Positions 1 through 12,889 of a DNA stretch of 63,405 nt are shown piece after piece. A model generated the notes under the pieces. The model worked only from the letters and a program-made list of their open reading frames with translations. It was not told where the DNA came from and searched no databases. Position numbers and translations under genes: made by a program. The stretch is from Chiloscyllium plagiosum (Eukaryota): positions 10,245,038 to 10,308,442 of the forward strand of contig NC_057752.1 in assembly GCF_004010195.1 (NCBI RefSeq), written 5' to 3'. Positions within the stretch are counted from its first letter, which is position 1. Each line of letters opens with the position of its first letter.

Positions 1-2900
1 CCCGTGATATCCCAATCATTAGGACAATGTTGGCCATAAGTTCTAATCATAATCTTCAAACTTTGATACTGTCTTTCTGTTGTCCCTTGAGATTATGGGT
101 AATACACAGAAGATGAGAATTGCTTAATTCTCAAACCAGTGATCATTTGTTCAAATATCTGTAACACAGAATTTGGGATTTGATCTGATTGCATTTCTTT
201 GGGTAATCCAGAGATAGTTAAAAAAAATTGAACTAACTTTGCCCCTGCCATTCTCTCAGTATTTTATTCCTGAGGGCACCGCTTCAGGAAATCCTGTGGT
301 AATTCCTGAATTATTAAGAAAGATTGATTCCCATTCCTGGTTTGTGGTCGGGATCCTAACACAATTGGTTAAGACCCCGCTAAACGGAACTTCAATAGCT
401 GGTATATGAATTAAAGATGCAATTTGATTTGAGGGTTGAGATTCCTCCATTATCTGACAAGTACTTCATGTCTGGCAACACTTGACCATAACTTTATGTA
501 ATCCAATAAAAATGCCTTTGTATTTTAGCCTGTGTTGTCTTAATTCCTAAGTGATCGGCCTTTGGAAATTTGTGAACCACTTGTAAGATTTCATGAAGAT
601 GTAGAGATGGATATCTACGCCTGATGGATCAACCACCTCATGGATCACAGTCCATCCCTCAAAAGCTGATATTTGAGGTGGTCTCCATTCCCTCATTAGG
701 GCTTTATGTTTCAAATAATAACACACAGGTATTGTCTTTGAAGCAGTTTCTGAGTAGCAGTTTGATACAACTCTTGCAGTTCCAAATCTGCTTTTTGCAT
801 TTCTACTAAAGAAGATGGGCTACAAATCCCAACCTCTTTCTCTTTCTTTCTGATAACTGAACAGGATGAACGCAAATTTTGAAATTGTAACTCAATTTCC
901 AAATCACCTCCCTTTTTGTGGACTCTTTCCCTTCTAGTCTAATTTAATGGGCCTGAGATCTAGTCATGACACCATTAGAGAACAATATTCCCTTTTCTTT
1001 TACTTCCATTTCTCCCACCTTTGGTGACACTAATATTTTTGAACTTGCCAGATTATTTCCTTGAATAAAAGCAATTGCTTCTCTGTAGGAATTTGTTTTC
1101 CCTACTCCGATTACCACTTCTCCATTTGCCAAGTCACTCTTTGACCTAACTTTGTATAATGGACCTGGTTTGTAACCTCCAAGAATATCTCCAATTAATA
1201 TTTTCTCCTTCATCAACCCCTCTGGAAGACAAATGGTGTCATTGTCAGTGACTGACTTGCTCCAGGGACTCTCAATGTCTTTCCTGGTTCATCTCCTTGA
1301 TTCAAAACATAAGGAAGTACCTCCCATTTTGAAGTCAGCTACTAGGAACTTCCAGTGGTCCTCGTTAATCTTCTAAAAGAGTTTTCAGGACTGTCCTGAT
1401 CTATGACTTCTTTCTTAGTACATTCCAAGGAAGCATGTTAACCTTGTCCCCCTGTGACAGTTTTCCAGCCGACTTCCTGTCCTGATGCCTTCTTATCTGA
1501 AGACCCATTCACTTTTCTATTACTGTAATTGGTTTCCCATTTAATTTTCAGCATAATAAACTGCTTAAATAAATGTTTCCAGCTTTGGTATGTCTGGTCT
1601 TATTACTATGAAAGCAGGCTAGTTTCTTTACATCACTTTTTGGTTTAACTTTTCTCCCTTATTATTTTGATAGCCTTCCATTTCTTTTCTCAAATTAGTG
1701 CCTCTTAATCAGCAGATTTTCCCACAGCATTTCATTCTCCCTTGCAAATGCCACAACTTTCTGATTCAGTTTTTTTTCTTGTCACCTGAAGTTTCAATGG
1801 ATATGTTCAGACACAAGCTTATCAGCATTTGACTTTGTCATAAGCATTAACAGTTTCATACTCTGCAGATTGCTCTTCTGACAATCTGGTGTACACAGTC
1901 AAAGCCCTTTGTAACATTAAGGTCCAAACCTCTTTTGGCCACTTTATCTGTCCACCTATCACCTCAAATGAGGGAGAGTGCTTTTTAACTCCATCCTCAG
2001 TAAAGTTAGCCACTAAGCACATATGCTTGGGTCAATTAGTATTCTGATTGGAATCACAATCATTGCTACTTATTTCTTCCAACTTTATTTAAAGCCTGGT
2101 TTTATAAACTCATGTTCTCTAATTTCCGTGTCTCTTTAGAATTCAAGTTTTCTTCATTCACTTTCTCTCTGCTTTTCTCTCTGCTCTCCATTCATTATCC
2201 TCTGATTTCCATTTCCCTCAATTCCAAGTTTTTCATTTCTCTATATCTTTCAAAATGCAGTTTTTAGATGAAATTCTAACTGTATCTTAACTGTAATTCC
2301 ACCTGTGACATGCAATTTCAGAGTTCCATTCCACAAATCCTAAATGTGGCATCATCACATGAAACGTCTTGGGGTGGCACAGTGGCTCAGTAGTTAGCAC
2401 TGCTGCCTCACAGCAGTAGCATCCCAGCTTCAATTCCAGCCTTGGGTAACTGTCTGTGTGGAGTTTGCACATTCTCCCACTGCCTAGGTGGGTTTCGTCT
2501 GCGTGCTCTGGTTTCCACCCACAGTCCAAAGATGTGCAGGTCAGGTGAATTGGCCACAGTGTGAGGGAAATGGGTCTGCATGGGTTACTCTTTGGAGGGT
2601 TGGTGTAGACTTGTTGGGCCGAAGGGCCTGTTTCCACACTGTTGGGAATCTAACCTAAAAAATCCTGCTTTTGCTTCTACATTCAATGTATTTATTAAAT
2701 CCCTCAGTTTATCTTTCATCAAAGATTCTTATTAATTCACTGTTCTCTCTTCCACTGATTGAAAGCACTTAGCCACACCCAGAAGCATCTTCAAATTCGA
2801 TGTGGTAAACCTCACCACAACAAGCAGTTGACTGAAGCAGTCAAAAGAGACACAGATCCCTCTCAAATCCAGTGCATTCAAAAATCCTGAATGAGCTCTC
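1..2900 (-). mobile_element. Degenerate Gmr1-like Ty3/Gypsy LTR retrotransposon internal region (gag, zinc knuckle, protease, integrase), left-arm copy
   Basis: Minus-strand ORF fragments resemble Gypsy gag (VANFTEDGVKKHSPSFEVIGGQIKWPKEVWTLMLQ), the protease-to-integrase linker (VMTRSQ) and integrase (IPAIEVPFSGVLTNCV). There are many stops and frameshifts. It is the reverse complement of about 25860-29361. Confidence 0.8.
2372..2660 (+). mobile_element. HE1-like tRNA-derived SINE
   Basis: Has a ggtggcacagtggctcagtagttagcactgctgcctcacag head with A/B-box-like motifs and a gggcctgtttccacactgt tail shared with CR1. It is absent from the mirror arm. Confidence 0.85.
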
Positions 2901-3580
2901 ACTTGTTATTCTGCAAGCTGATGTTATTGCAGGACAAGTCAGATCCTTGACAGGAATCTGGCTTGATAGATCATACTTTCAGTTATTTTTAGTTTTAACA
3001 AAGTTGTGTCTCACTGAAACATAATTGCACAATATGAGGATTTTCTTTCATAACAAAAAGTAAATTTATTAACAAAACAAATAAAGACAGTATAAGCCAC
3101 CCAAATACTTAATATAGCAGTTCAAAGATTTTTAAACACCCAGTAAAAGTATAATCTCATCGCCTCATTCTGGGGACCGGCTCTGACTATGCACATGGAA
3201 ATTAAATGTGACTTGGTAACAGGATACCAGACTGTGAGCAGTTATTTTAAAAGAGTATAATCTCATTAATCCCAAATCACTTCTTCATAAACTGAAAAGA
3301 AACAGACCGTTTTTATATGGTATGCCAAATGCATCCGTGGTGCAGTCTCCCAAAAGCCACTCATACAATACACACACCAGTGCCCCTGCATCTAACACCT
3401 TGGTAAGTTTAAGTTACATGTGATTTTGACTATCGCTACAGATAGCTTCTTCTTGCATTTTTCTTTAAACAACCTCTTCAGAGATTTATCCCAACTTTAA
3501 GTTCAGGACCAACACCGACTCTTCCCTCCAAGGCAACATTGTTCATGATAGATCCTTCCCTTCCCTGTCTGCACTGCCAT
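2900..3580 (-). mobile_element. Probable 5' LTR of the Gypsy element, left-arm copy
   Basis: On the minus strand it ends in aataaca just before a degenerate tRNA-Pro PBS (2884-2901). Its mirror copy is about 23940-24490 plus 25695-25859. The outer boundary is approximate. Confidence 0.5.
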
Positions 3581-5390
3581 CCTGTTCCAAGGGCAAGATT
3601 CGCGCAAGCACAAGATGGAAAAAGCAAAGGGTAGATCTGTGCTGGTCATTGATATCTCCAGATTTCTCTTCCTATCTGAAACAACCACAATCAGACTCCA
3701 AACAGGGTGTCAGTGCAAGCAAACAAGACACAGTTCCACAATGGAAGCAGCTAAGGAAATCAAATAACGAATAGGACCAGATTTTTTGCTGTCCCAGATC
3801 GACACCTGTAATATTGGTAAGTGCAGTGAGAACTACCTCTCCTGCCTGCAACATTGGCCATTTATCCACATTGGAAAACTGGTGCAATGCATTGTCACTG
3901 CTTTCCAGACCAATACCATCCCTAGTTTAGGATAGAGCCATTGAGAAGATGACCATACACACAGAGTCATCCTTTTCCAACTCAGAGGGACAAATAAAGA
4001 TAAAACCAGTGGCACTGGAAAATGACCTGGAGATCCATTTTCAAGTTGACAAGGTGAGGAGCACCAATATGTTTCATCCATCAGTTTTCCTTCTGGGAAA
4101 GTCATCTGATTTGCTCACTGCAGAGAGCATTTCTTATAAATTGTATCGCCTTGTCTTTTATCAACGTCCTTTCAATCTCTTCCCCACATCCGCTTTAATA
4201 CTGAAGACAGTGATGTCTGGTGTTGCGCAATTTGTACTCATTTTCAATTCAGCTATTGATGAGTCAAAGAAGAGGGCAGAACAAGTGAGACTGCTCACTG
4301 CTCCCCCATTCCTAGTCTTCTATTATCTTATTGCAAGGGGATTTATCTAGATAGCTGGACAACAGAATTATTAAAAAGTGTATAACATAGAGAAGGCAAC
4401 AACATTGGATTCAATTCCTGCCCTGGAAATGCATGCCACCAGCCTCTGAGAAGGTGAAAGTTTCAGCATTTATTCTTAGAGTTATAGACTTTTTACAGAA
4501 TGGAGAGGCCCTTCAGCCAATTGTTTACTTGCTGGTCATCAAATATCGATCTATTCTAATCCCAATTTCCAGCACTTGGCCCATAGCCTTGCATGCTGTG
4601 GTGTTCAAAGTGCTTATCGAAATAGCTCTTTAGTGTTGTGAGGGAATTTGCCTCTACCAGCATTTCAGACAGTGAGTTTCAGACACCCACTGCCCTCAAA
4701 TCCCCTCCAAACGTCTTGTTCCTTGCCTTAAAACTGGTTCTTGATCCCTCTACAATGAGAAGGATTTCTCCCTATCTATGCTGTCTCTGACCCACAGAAT
4801 GTATTATACCTCAATCCCCTCCTTAGCTTTCTCTGCTCTCAGGACAATAACCTCAGCCTCTCTAGTCCCTCTTCAGAGCTGAATCACTCCATTCTAAGGA
4901 ACCTCTTCTGCATCCTACCTACTGCAATCACATCCTTGCTCTGATCCTGAGAGGGGAAGCCACATGTAATTGTAATTGTTATGAAGGACAGATTGATTTC
5001 TCAACCATTTACAGAAAGTGAATTTCAGCTCTAATAATTCACTTCCTTACATCATGCCCCTCTGATGATTCTTCTGTCAATTCTGCCACTCGAGATCAAG
5101 TGTGCAATAGAGAGGAAATGACCTTTCCCTCAGCTGATCCTTAGCTGGTGCTTAATCTGCCCATGGAGGCATGTAGACAGAAGGCTCCGTTGAGTTGGCC
5201 ATATCACAGACACCATGTGGAGTAGTACCTTCCAAACACTGGCTCCCTTTCTCCCCATTGTCACTCCAACATTGTTTACATTGAAGAATCACAAGGAACG
5301 TTTCAGACAGACACAGAGAAAAAGGAAATGCAAAGAATAAGCAAATGCACGTTAAGAATGAACTTGGTCTGCTTCCTTTGAATGCCTTAC

Positions 5391-5460
5391 CAGGGCCACT
5401 GACAGCTGCAAGAACTGGATAGTAAATGAGATCGATTTTGAAAATTAAAGGATATTCCAT
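5391..5460 (-). CDS. Exon 1 of a GPR139-like class A GPCR (exon 2 expected left of the window)
   Basis: ATG at 5460 encodes MEYPLIFKIDLIYYPVLAAVSGP plus one base, followed by a GTAAGG donor. It is a near-identical inverted copy of 23651-23720. Confidence 0.8.
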
Positions 5461-6159
5461 TTCTTGTGTGATGCAATTATGCCTCTGCTCCAATGCCACT
5501 TCATCAACCACAGGGCACTGATTGGGAGAACGGACAGACTTAATCCGAGGAGTCTCGATTTAAACCAGGGATTAGCTCCACTGAGACTGAAATCTATGGA
5601 GGACAATCAGTGCCACCCTGCTGAACAGCCACGTTTTTTTGCCCCAAGGATTTGTGTGTGAAGTGTGACCTCATTAGAGAGAATTGAAAAACAAAACCAG
5701 TAAATAACGTCATCTTTCTTTGTGATTTCTAAGAAAGGGGGATTTAATTTTTTTTCACCCTAATACTGGGGTTGAGCTGTGTTACCAGTGTCCGAACTGG
5801 TGGTGATGAAAAGGCACAGGCTCATTTTGAATGGGTTGTCACAACAGAATGGTAGTAAATAGAGTGATTCCCCCCTCCTTGTTAGCACTTCAGTGGTTCA
5901 TCAAACACTTCATCCATCCTGAAGAAGGTCTGTTTTCTATGACACTATCAAACCTCCCCCTCCCCGCACAACTGCTCAGGAAACTGTTCATTCACCTCCA
6001 GGTCAAAGGTCAAGTAAAATCACTGTCGATTCTGGAAACAAGAAATGAAAACAGAAATCGCTGGAAAAATATCCACATGTCAGGCAGGATCTGAAAGGGA
6101 AGGGAATTAAGTCAATGTTTTGAGTCAAATGTGAAGCTTCTTCAGAATTGCTTTCTTTC

Positions 6160-7972
6160 ATTCATTTACAGAAAGTATGACCCGTCCCTAGTTGCCCCCT
6201 TGAGAAGGTGGTGGTGAGCTGCCTTCTTGAACCGCTGCAGTCCGTGTGCTGTGGGTAGACTCACAATGCCCTGATGGAGGGAATTCCAGGACGTTTACCC
6301 AGTGACTCTGAAGCAACAGCAGTATATTTCCAAGTCAGGATGATGAGTGGCTTGGAGGGGATCTTGCAGGGGGTGATGTTCCCTTGTATCTACTGCCTTT
6401 GTCCGTTTAGATAGAAGAGGCTGTAGGTTTGGAAGTTGCTGCCAAAGGTGAATTTCTGCTGTGCATCTTGTAGATAGTACACATTGCTGCTACTGAGCGT
6501 TGTTGGTGGATGGAAGGGAGTGGATGTTTGTGGATGTGATGCCAATCAAGTGGGCTGCTTTGTTCTGGATGACGTCAAGCTTCTTGCATGTTGTTGGAGC
6601 TGCTCTCATCCAGGCAAGTGGGGAATATTTCATGACACTCCTGACTTGTGTCTTGGAGATGGTGGGACAGGCTTTGGAGATTCAGGAAGTGAGTTACTCA
6701 CTGCAGGATTCCTATCCTCTGACTTGGTCTTGTAGCCACCGTATTAATATGGTGAGTCCTACTGGTTTTCTAGTCAATTGTATGTACCAGGATGTTGAAA
6801 GTGGGGGAATTCAGTGATGGTAACATCATAGAATGTCAAAGAGCAACCGTTTGGTTCTCTCTTGCTGGAGATGGTCATTGCCTGGCATTTGTGTGGTGTG
6901 AATGTTACTTGAACTGGTCAGCCCAAGCCTGGATATGGTCCAGGTTTTGTTGCATTTGAACATGGACTGCTTCTGTATCTGAGGAGTTGCAAATGATACC
7001 GAACATTGTGTAATCATCAGCGAACATCCCCATTTCTGATCTTACTGTGACGATGCTTTTATCCTGGTTTCTTTTCGAGAGAGATTGGGGGACAAGTCCT
7101 GAGCAGTCTATGAGAGGATAAACATCTTGCGAGATCTTGGGTGAAACAATAGATACAGCCTGAGTGAGTGTGGTCAAGCCCTTACTGCACCAGGATTTTT
7201 AGTTAGCTTTCAGCAGCTGTTGCGGTTGGTGGGGTCAGCAGGGTTGGAAGGCAGTGAATCTCTCCCGGCTGCTACACTCTGTCTCTGAGCTTTCTCTCAG
7301 AATTGTCTTTTGATGTTCTTTCCTCCTGGATTGGAGAATGCATGTGAGACAATCTGTTTTCTGAATTTACCTTTTTCCGAGGGTTTGTTTATGGAATATT
7401 ACTACACTATAACAGTTACTGTTTAGCAATAAAATACTCTATTATTCTGTTAAGATTTCCAATATAGTTAAGTTATTCCAAGTTCCTCTTTCTTTTGTTG
7501 TAGTGATTGAAAAATTGTGTTTTGCTTAACATCAAGTAGTTTCACCAATTGACTTGCATCTGGAACACAGCACCTCACATTTACCTTTCAAACAAGAAAG
7601 GTTAGGGTCTAGGCTACCTTCTTAGTATATCTTGAGGGGGTCTGCACTGGTCCATAATGTTATAATGGAGGGATCATCATTGATGAAGCAGCTGAAGATG
7701 TCTGTGCCTAGGACACTACCCTGAGGAACTCCCACAGATATGTCCTGGAGCTGAGATGACTGACCTCCAACAACCACAACCATCTTCCTTGGTGGTAGAT
7801 ATGGATCCAATCAGTAGAGACTTTGCCCCCCCCCCTCCAATTTTCCACTGATTCCAGTTGTGCTAGAGCTCCTTGTTGCCTCACTTAGTCAAATATAACC
7901 TTGATGTCCCACCCCCCTCCCCTCTGGAATTCAGCTCTTTTGTCCATGTTTGAACCCAGTCTGTAATGAGGT
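6160..7972 (-). mobile_element. Degraded CR1/L2-group LINE fragment interrupted by a solo LTR
   Basis: RT remnants on the minus strand (MFADDYTMFGII, GVPQGSVLG), with the 3' end at about 6160-6300. Confidence 0.75.
7046..7657 (+). mobile_element. Solo LTR
   Basis: Starts tgtgacgatg, contains aataaa, and ends gggggtctgcactggtccataa. This end motif is shared with 16137-16751 (inverted) and 39080-39725. It interrupts a LINE. Confidence 0.6.
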
Positions 7973-7974
7973 CC

Positions 7975-10118
7975 CAAAGGGGTTTTACAAGTACATTAAG
8001 GGCAAAAGAGTAACTAAGGAGAGAATAGGGCCCCTCAAAGATCAGCAAGGCGGCCTTTGTGTGGAGGTGCAGGAGATGGGGGAGATACTAAATGAGTATT
8101 TTGCATCAGGGTTTACTGTGGAGAAGAACATGGATGATATAGAATGTGGGGAAATAGATGGTGACATCTTGAAAATGTCCATAAAAAACATAAAAGTGGA
8201 TAAATCCCCAAGACCTGATCAGGCATACCCTAAAACTCTGTGGGAAGCTAGGGAAGTGATTGCTGGGCCCCTTGCTGAGATATTTGTATCATCGATAGTC
8301 ACAGGTGAGGTGCCGGAAGACTGGAGGTTGGCTAACGTGGTGCCACTGTTTAAGAAAAGTGGTAAGGACAAGCCAGGGAACTATAGACTGGTGAGCCTGA
8401 TGTCAGAGATGGGCAAGTTGTTGGAGGGAATCCTGAGGGACAGGATGTACATGTATTTGGAAAGACATGTATTAGAGACAGTCAACATAGCTTTATGCAT
8501 GGGAAATCACATCTCTCAAACTTGATTGAGTTTTTTTGAAGAAGTAACAAAGAGGATTGATGAGGGCTGAGCGGTAGATTTGATCTATATGGACTTCAGT
8601 AAGGCATTTGACAAGGTTCCCCATGGGAGACTGGTGAGCATGGTTAGATCTTATGGAATACAGGGAGATCTAGCCATTTGGATACAGAACTGGCTCAAAG
8701 GTAGAAGACAGAGGGTGGTGGTGGAGGATTGTTTTTCTTACTGGAGGCCTGTGACCAGTGGAGTGCCACAAGGATCGGTGCTGGGCCCTCTACTTTTTGT
8801 CATTTACATAAAGGATTTGGATGAGAGCATAAGAGGTATAGTTAGTAAGATTGCTGATGGAGGTGCAGTGGACAGCGAAGAATGTTACCTCAGATTACAA
8901 TGGGATCTTGCTCAGTAACAAAGAGGATTGATGAGGGCAGAGCGGTAGATGTGATCTATATAGACTTCAGTAAGGCGTTCGATAAGGTTCCTCATGGGAG
9001 ACCGGTTGGCAAGGATAGATCTCATGGAATACAGGGAGAACTAGCCATTTGGATACAGAACTGTCTCAAAGGTTAAAGACAGAGGGTGGTGGAGGGTTGT
9101 TTTTCAGACTGGAGCCCTGTGACCCATTGAGTGCCACAAGGATTAGTGCAGGGTCCACTACTTTCCACCATTTATATAAATTATTTGGATGTGAGCATAA
9201 GAGGTATAGTTAGTAAGTTTGCAGATGACACCAAAATTGGAGGTGTTGTGGACAGTGAAGAAGGTTACGTCAGAGTACAATGGGATCTTGATCAGATGGG
9301 TCAATGGGTCAAGGAGTGGCAGATGGAATTTAATTTAGATAAAAGCGAGGTGCTGCATTTTGGAAAGGCAAATCTTAGCAGGACTTATACACTTAATGGT
9401 AAGGTCCTAGGGAGTGTTGCTGAACAAAGAGACCTTGGAGTGCAGGTTCATAGCTCCTTGAAAGTGGAGTCGCAGGTAGATAGGATAGTGAAGAAGGCGT
9501 TTGGTATGCTTTCCTTTATGGGTCAGAGCATTGAGTATGGGAGCTGGGAGGTCATGTTGCGGCTGCATTGATTTGACCACTTTTGGAGTATTGTGTGCAA
9601 TTCTGGTCTCCTTCCTATCGGAAGGATGTTGAAAGGGTTCAGGAAAGATTTACAAGGATGTTGCCAGGGTCAGAAGGTTTGAGCTATTGGGAGAGGCTAA
9701 ATAGGCTGGGGCTGTTTTCCCTGGCTGAGGGAGTTACCATACAGAGGTTTATAAAGTCATGAGATACATAGATAGGTTAAATAGACAAGGTACTTTCCTT
9801 GGGGCGGGAGAGTCCAGAACTAGAGGGCATAGGTTTAGGGGGAGAGGGGAAAGATATAAAAGAGACCTCAGGGGCAACTTTTTCACACAGAGGGTGGTGC
9901 ATGTGTGGAATGAGTTGCCAGAGGAAGTGGTGGAGGCTAGTACAGTTACAACATTTAAGAGGCATTTGGATGGGTATATGAATAGGAAGGGTTTGGAGGG
10001 ATATGGGCCAGGTGCTGGCAGGTGGAACTAAATTAGATTAGGATAACTGGTTGGCATGAACAAGTTGGACCGAAAGGTCTGTTTCCATGCTGTACATCTC
10101 TATGACTCTCTGACTCTA
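7975..10118 (+). mobile_element. CR1 (HER1-like) LINE, 5'-truncated, with internal tandem duplication of an RT segment
   Basis: ORF2 motifs include PEDWRLANVVPLFKK, YMDFSKAFDKVPH, GVPQGSVLGP and FADDTK. The 3' tail is ctctatgactctctgactct. The segment at about 8545-8915 recurs at about 8915-9295. Confidence 0.95.
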
Positions 10119-10611
10119 CTTGACCATGGAATGCAGGTCTGTCCTTTCGCATTCTTTCTTATTTGTCGTAATGCATCTATTCTGTGTTTTCTGGAATATC
10201 CCCTTAAATGTTTGGCATTGCATCTGTATTGATTTACAATCTGAACCTAAAATGCCAGCTCATCTTTGCTTGGTCTGTCTTCATGCCCTTCATAACTGCC
10301 CTTCTTGAAGTTTAAAATAGTACGCTTGGATCCACACTGCTCTCTCTCAAACTGTGTGTAAAACTTCATCATATCATGGTCGCTGTTACCCAGGGGAACT
10401 TTGATTATGCAACATAAAGACTACTGCTTTAAGGCATTGGCTTTGGAGCGCATGGTGTACCTTTTAGCAATTGATCTATTGGTGCTTCACCTCTCCCCGG
10501 TTCTTCCACCCTGACTAGACCTGCACCTTCCAAGTATTATGACACATGGCTGATAATTCTATTAAGATGCAGTGTACCTTGCTTATCTGTGTTGAACTGC
10601 ACTTGGCAATG

Positions 10612-12878
10612 TCTAAACAAATTACTGTAGATGTTGGAACCTGTACTGAAAGCAGCAAATGCTGGAGATCACAGTGGGTCAGGCAACGACCATGGAGAGA
10701 GAGCAAGCTAACGTTTCAAGTCTGGATGACTCTTCATCAGAGCTGAAGTGAAGTATGTGGAGGGGAAGCATTTGATTGTGGGTGTAGGATACTGGTAGAG
10801 AAACAATGTTTATAGTTCAGATTAAATAAGCAAAGTGCAAGAATGGCAGAGGAATGGTTTGTCCTCTGCCAGACTTGAAATGACAGACACTGAGATATGG
10901 GGAGAGGAAAGAGGACATCATAGAATCATAGAATCCCTGCAGTGTAGAAGCAGGCCATTTGGCGAATCAAGTCCACACCAACCCTTCGAACGGTATCCCA
11001 CCCAGACACACACACCCCTCCCAACCCTATTCCTGCATCCCTACATTTCCCATGGCTCATCCAACCTACACATCCCTGAACGCTGTGGGGCCATATATCA
11101 AGGCCAATCCACCTGACCTGCACATCTTTGTGACTGGGGGAGGAAACCGGAGCACCCGGAGGAAATCCACGCAGACACGGGGAGAATGGGCAAACTCCAC
11201 ACAGACAGTGCTGTGAGACAGCAGTGCTAACCACTGAGTCACAATAATAAGCTAAAAGAAAGGGAAGAAATGGTTCACAATTTGAAGGTGTTGAACCAGA
11301 AGGCTGTAAGGTGCCGAGGCTGAAGATGAGATGTTGTTCCTCCAGTTTGCACTGGGATTCACTGGAACTCTGCAGCATGCCAAGGACAGACCTGTGAGCA
11401 TGTGAACAGGTCATTGTGTTAAAATGACTGGCTATGGGAAGGTCAGGCCCTGCTTGAGCACAGACCGGAGGTGTTCGGCAGAGCAGTCACCCAGTCTGCA
11501 TTTGGTTTCTCCAATGTAGAGTAGGCCACATTGGGTGCAGTGAAAACAATACAAAGGTTGGAGGAAGTACAGGTGAAATGCTGCTTACTTGGAAAGACTG
11601 TTTAGGGCAGGACCTTGAAAACTTCATTCATTTTGCCTCCAATTTCCACCCCTATATAACTTTCACATCGTCCATTTCTGACACTTTCCTTCCTTTCCTT
11701 GACCTCTCCGCCTCCATTTTGGGGAAAAGGTGTCCATTGCCATTCACTACAAAGCCACTGACTCCCCACAAATACCTTCACCACAGCTCATCACACCTCA
11801 CATCCTGCAGGGATTCTATCCCATTCTCCCAGTTCCTTCACCTACGTCGTATCTATTCAGACGATGCCACCTTCCAAAACAGCACTGCTGACACGGCTTG
11901 CTTCTTCCATTACCATGGTTTCCAAACCACTGTGGTTGTCAGGGCCCTCAGCCACACCCAGCCTATCGCCCATGCTTCTGTCCTTGCCCCTTCCCAAGGG
12001 TTCCCCTTACCCTCACTTTTCAGCCCACTAGCCTCTGCATTCAAAGGATCATTCTCTGCCATTTCAGACAACTCTAGCAGAACACCACCACCAAACACAT
12101 CTTCCCCCTCGCTCCCCATATCTGCATTTCGTAGGGATCATTGCCTCTGGGACTCTCTTGTCCATTCCACAACCACTATTACCATCACCCCCACTCTCCA
12201 TGGCACCTTGCCATGTAACCGCAGAAGGTGCAACACCTGGCCCTTCAACTCCTCCCTGCTCACCATCCAAGGCCTGAAACACTCTTTCCAGGTGAAGCAG
12301 CATTTCACTCGTACCTCGTCCAACCTTGTGGATTGTATTTGCTGCTCCCAATGTGGCCTACTCTACATTGGCAAAATCAAATGCAGACTGCTTTGTAGAT
12401 CACCTTTGGTCTGTGCTCAAGCAGGACCTGACCATCCCGTAGCCGGTCAGTTTAACACAACATCCTGCGCACATGACCACATGTCTATCCTCAGCATGCT
12501 GTAATGCTCCAGTGAATCCTAGCACAAATTGGAAGAACATCTCATCTTGAGACTAGGCACTTCACAGCTTTCTTGAGTTCAACAACTTCAAATTGTGACC
12601 ATTTCTTTCCTTTCGTTTAGCGTGTCATCTCTCCCCTCACTCCATCCTGCTGTCTGTCCTTTCCAGTCTGACAGGAGACATGCCATTGTTCTGCCAGTCT
12701 CACATTCCAATCGCTTAATCTACCACTGCACCCACCCCTGCAAAACTAGAGCTTAGATGTTGTCCCTTCCACACTTCACTTCAGCTAAGATGAAGAGTCA
12801 TCCAGACCATAAACATTAGCTTGCTCTCTCTCCATGGATGCTGTCTGACTCACTGTCATTTCCAGCATTTGTTGTTTT
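10612..12878 (+). mobile_element. Penelope-like element (RT C-terminus plus GIY-YIG) with an inverted 3'/pLTR segment at its 5' side
   Basis: ORF 11578-12504 has YLHHSSSHLTSCRDSIPFSQFLHLRRI, CNRRRCNTW and CSQCGLLYIG motifs. 10650-10755 is inverted relative to 12770-12880. A 12-bp TSD cacttggcaatg lies at 10600-10611 and 12879-12890. Confidence 0.9.
10922..11245 (-). mobile_element. HE1-like SINE nested in the Penelope element
   Basis: Reverse complement of the SINE body (gcacccggaggaaatccacgcagacacggggagaatg) with a short repeat tail. Confidence 0.85.
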
Positions 12879-12889
12879 CACTTGGCAAT

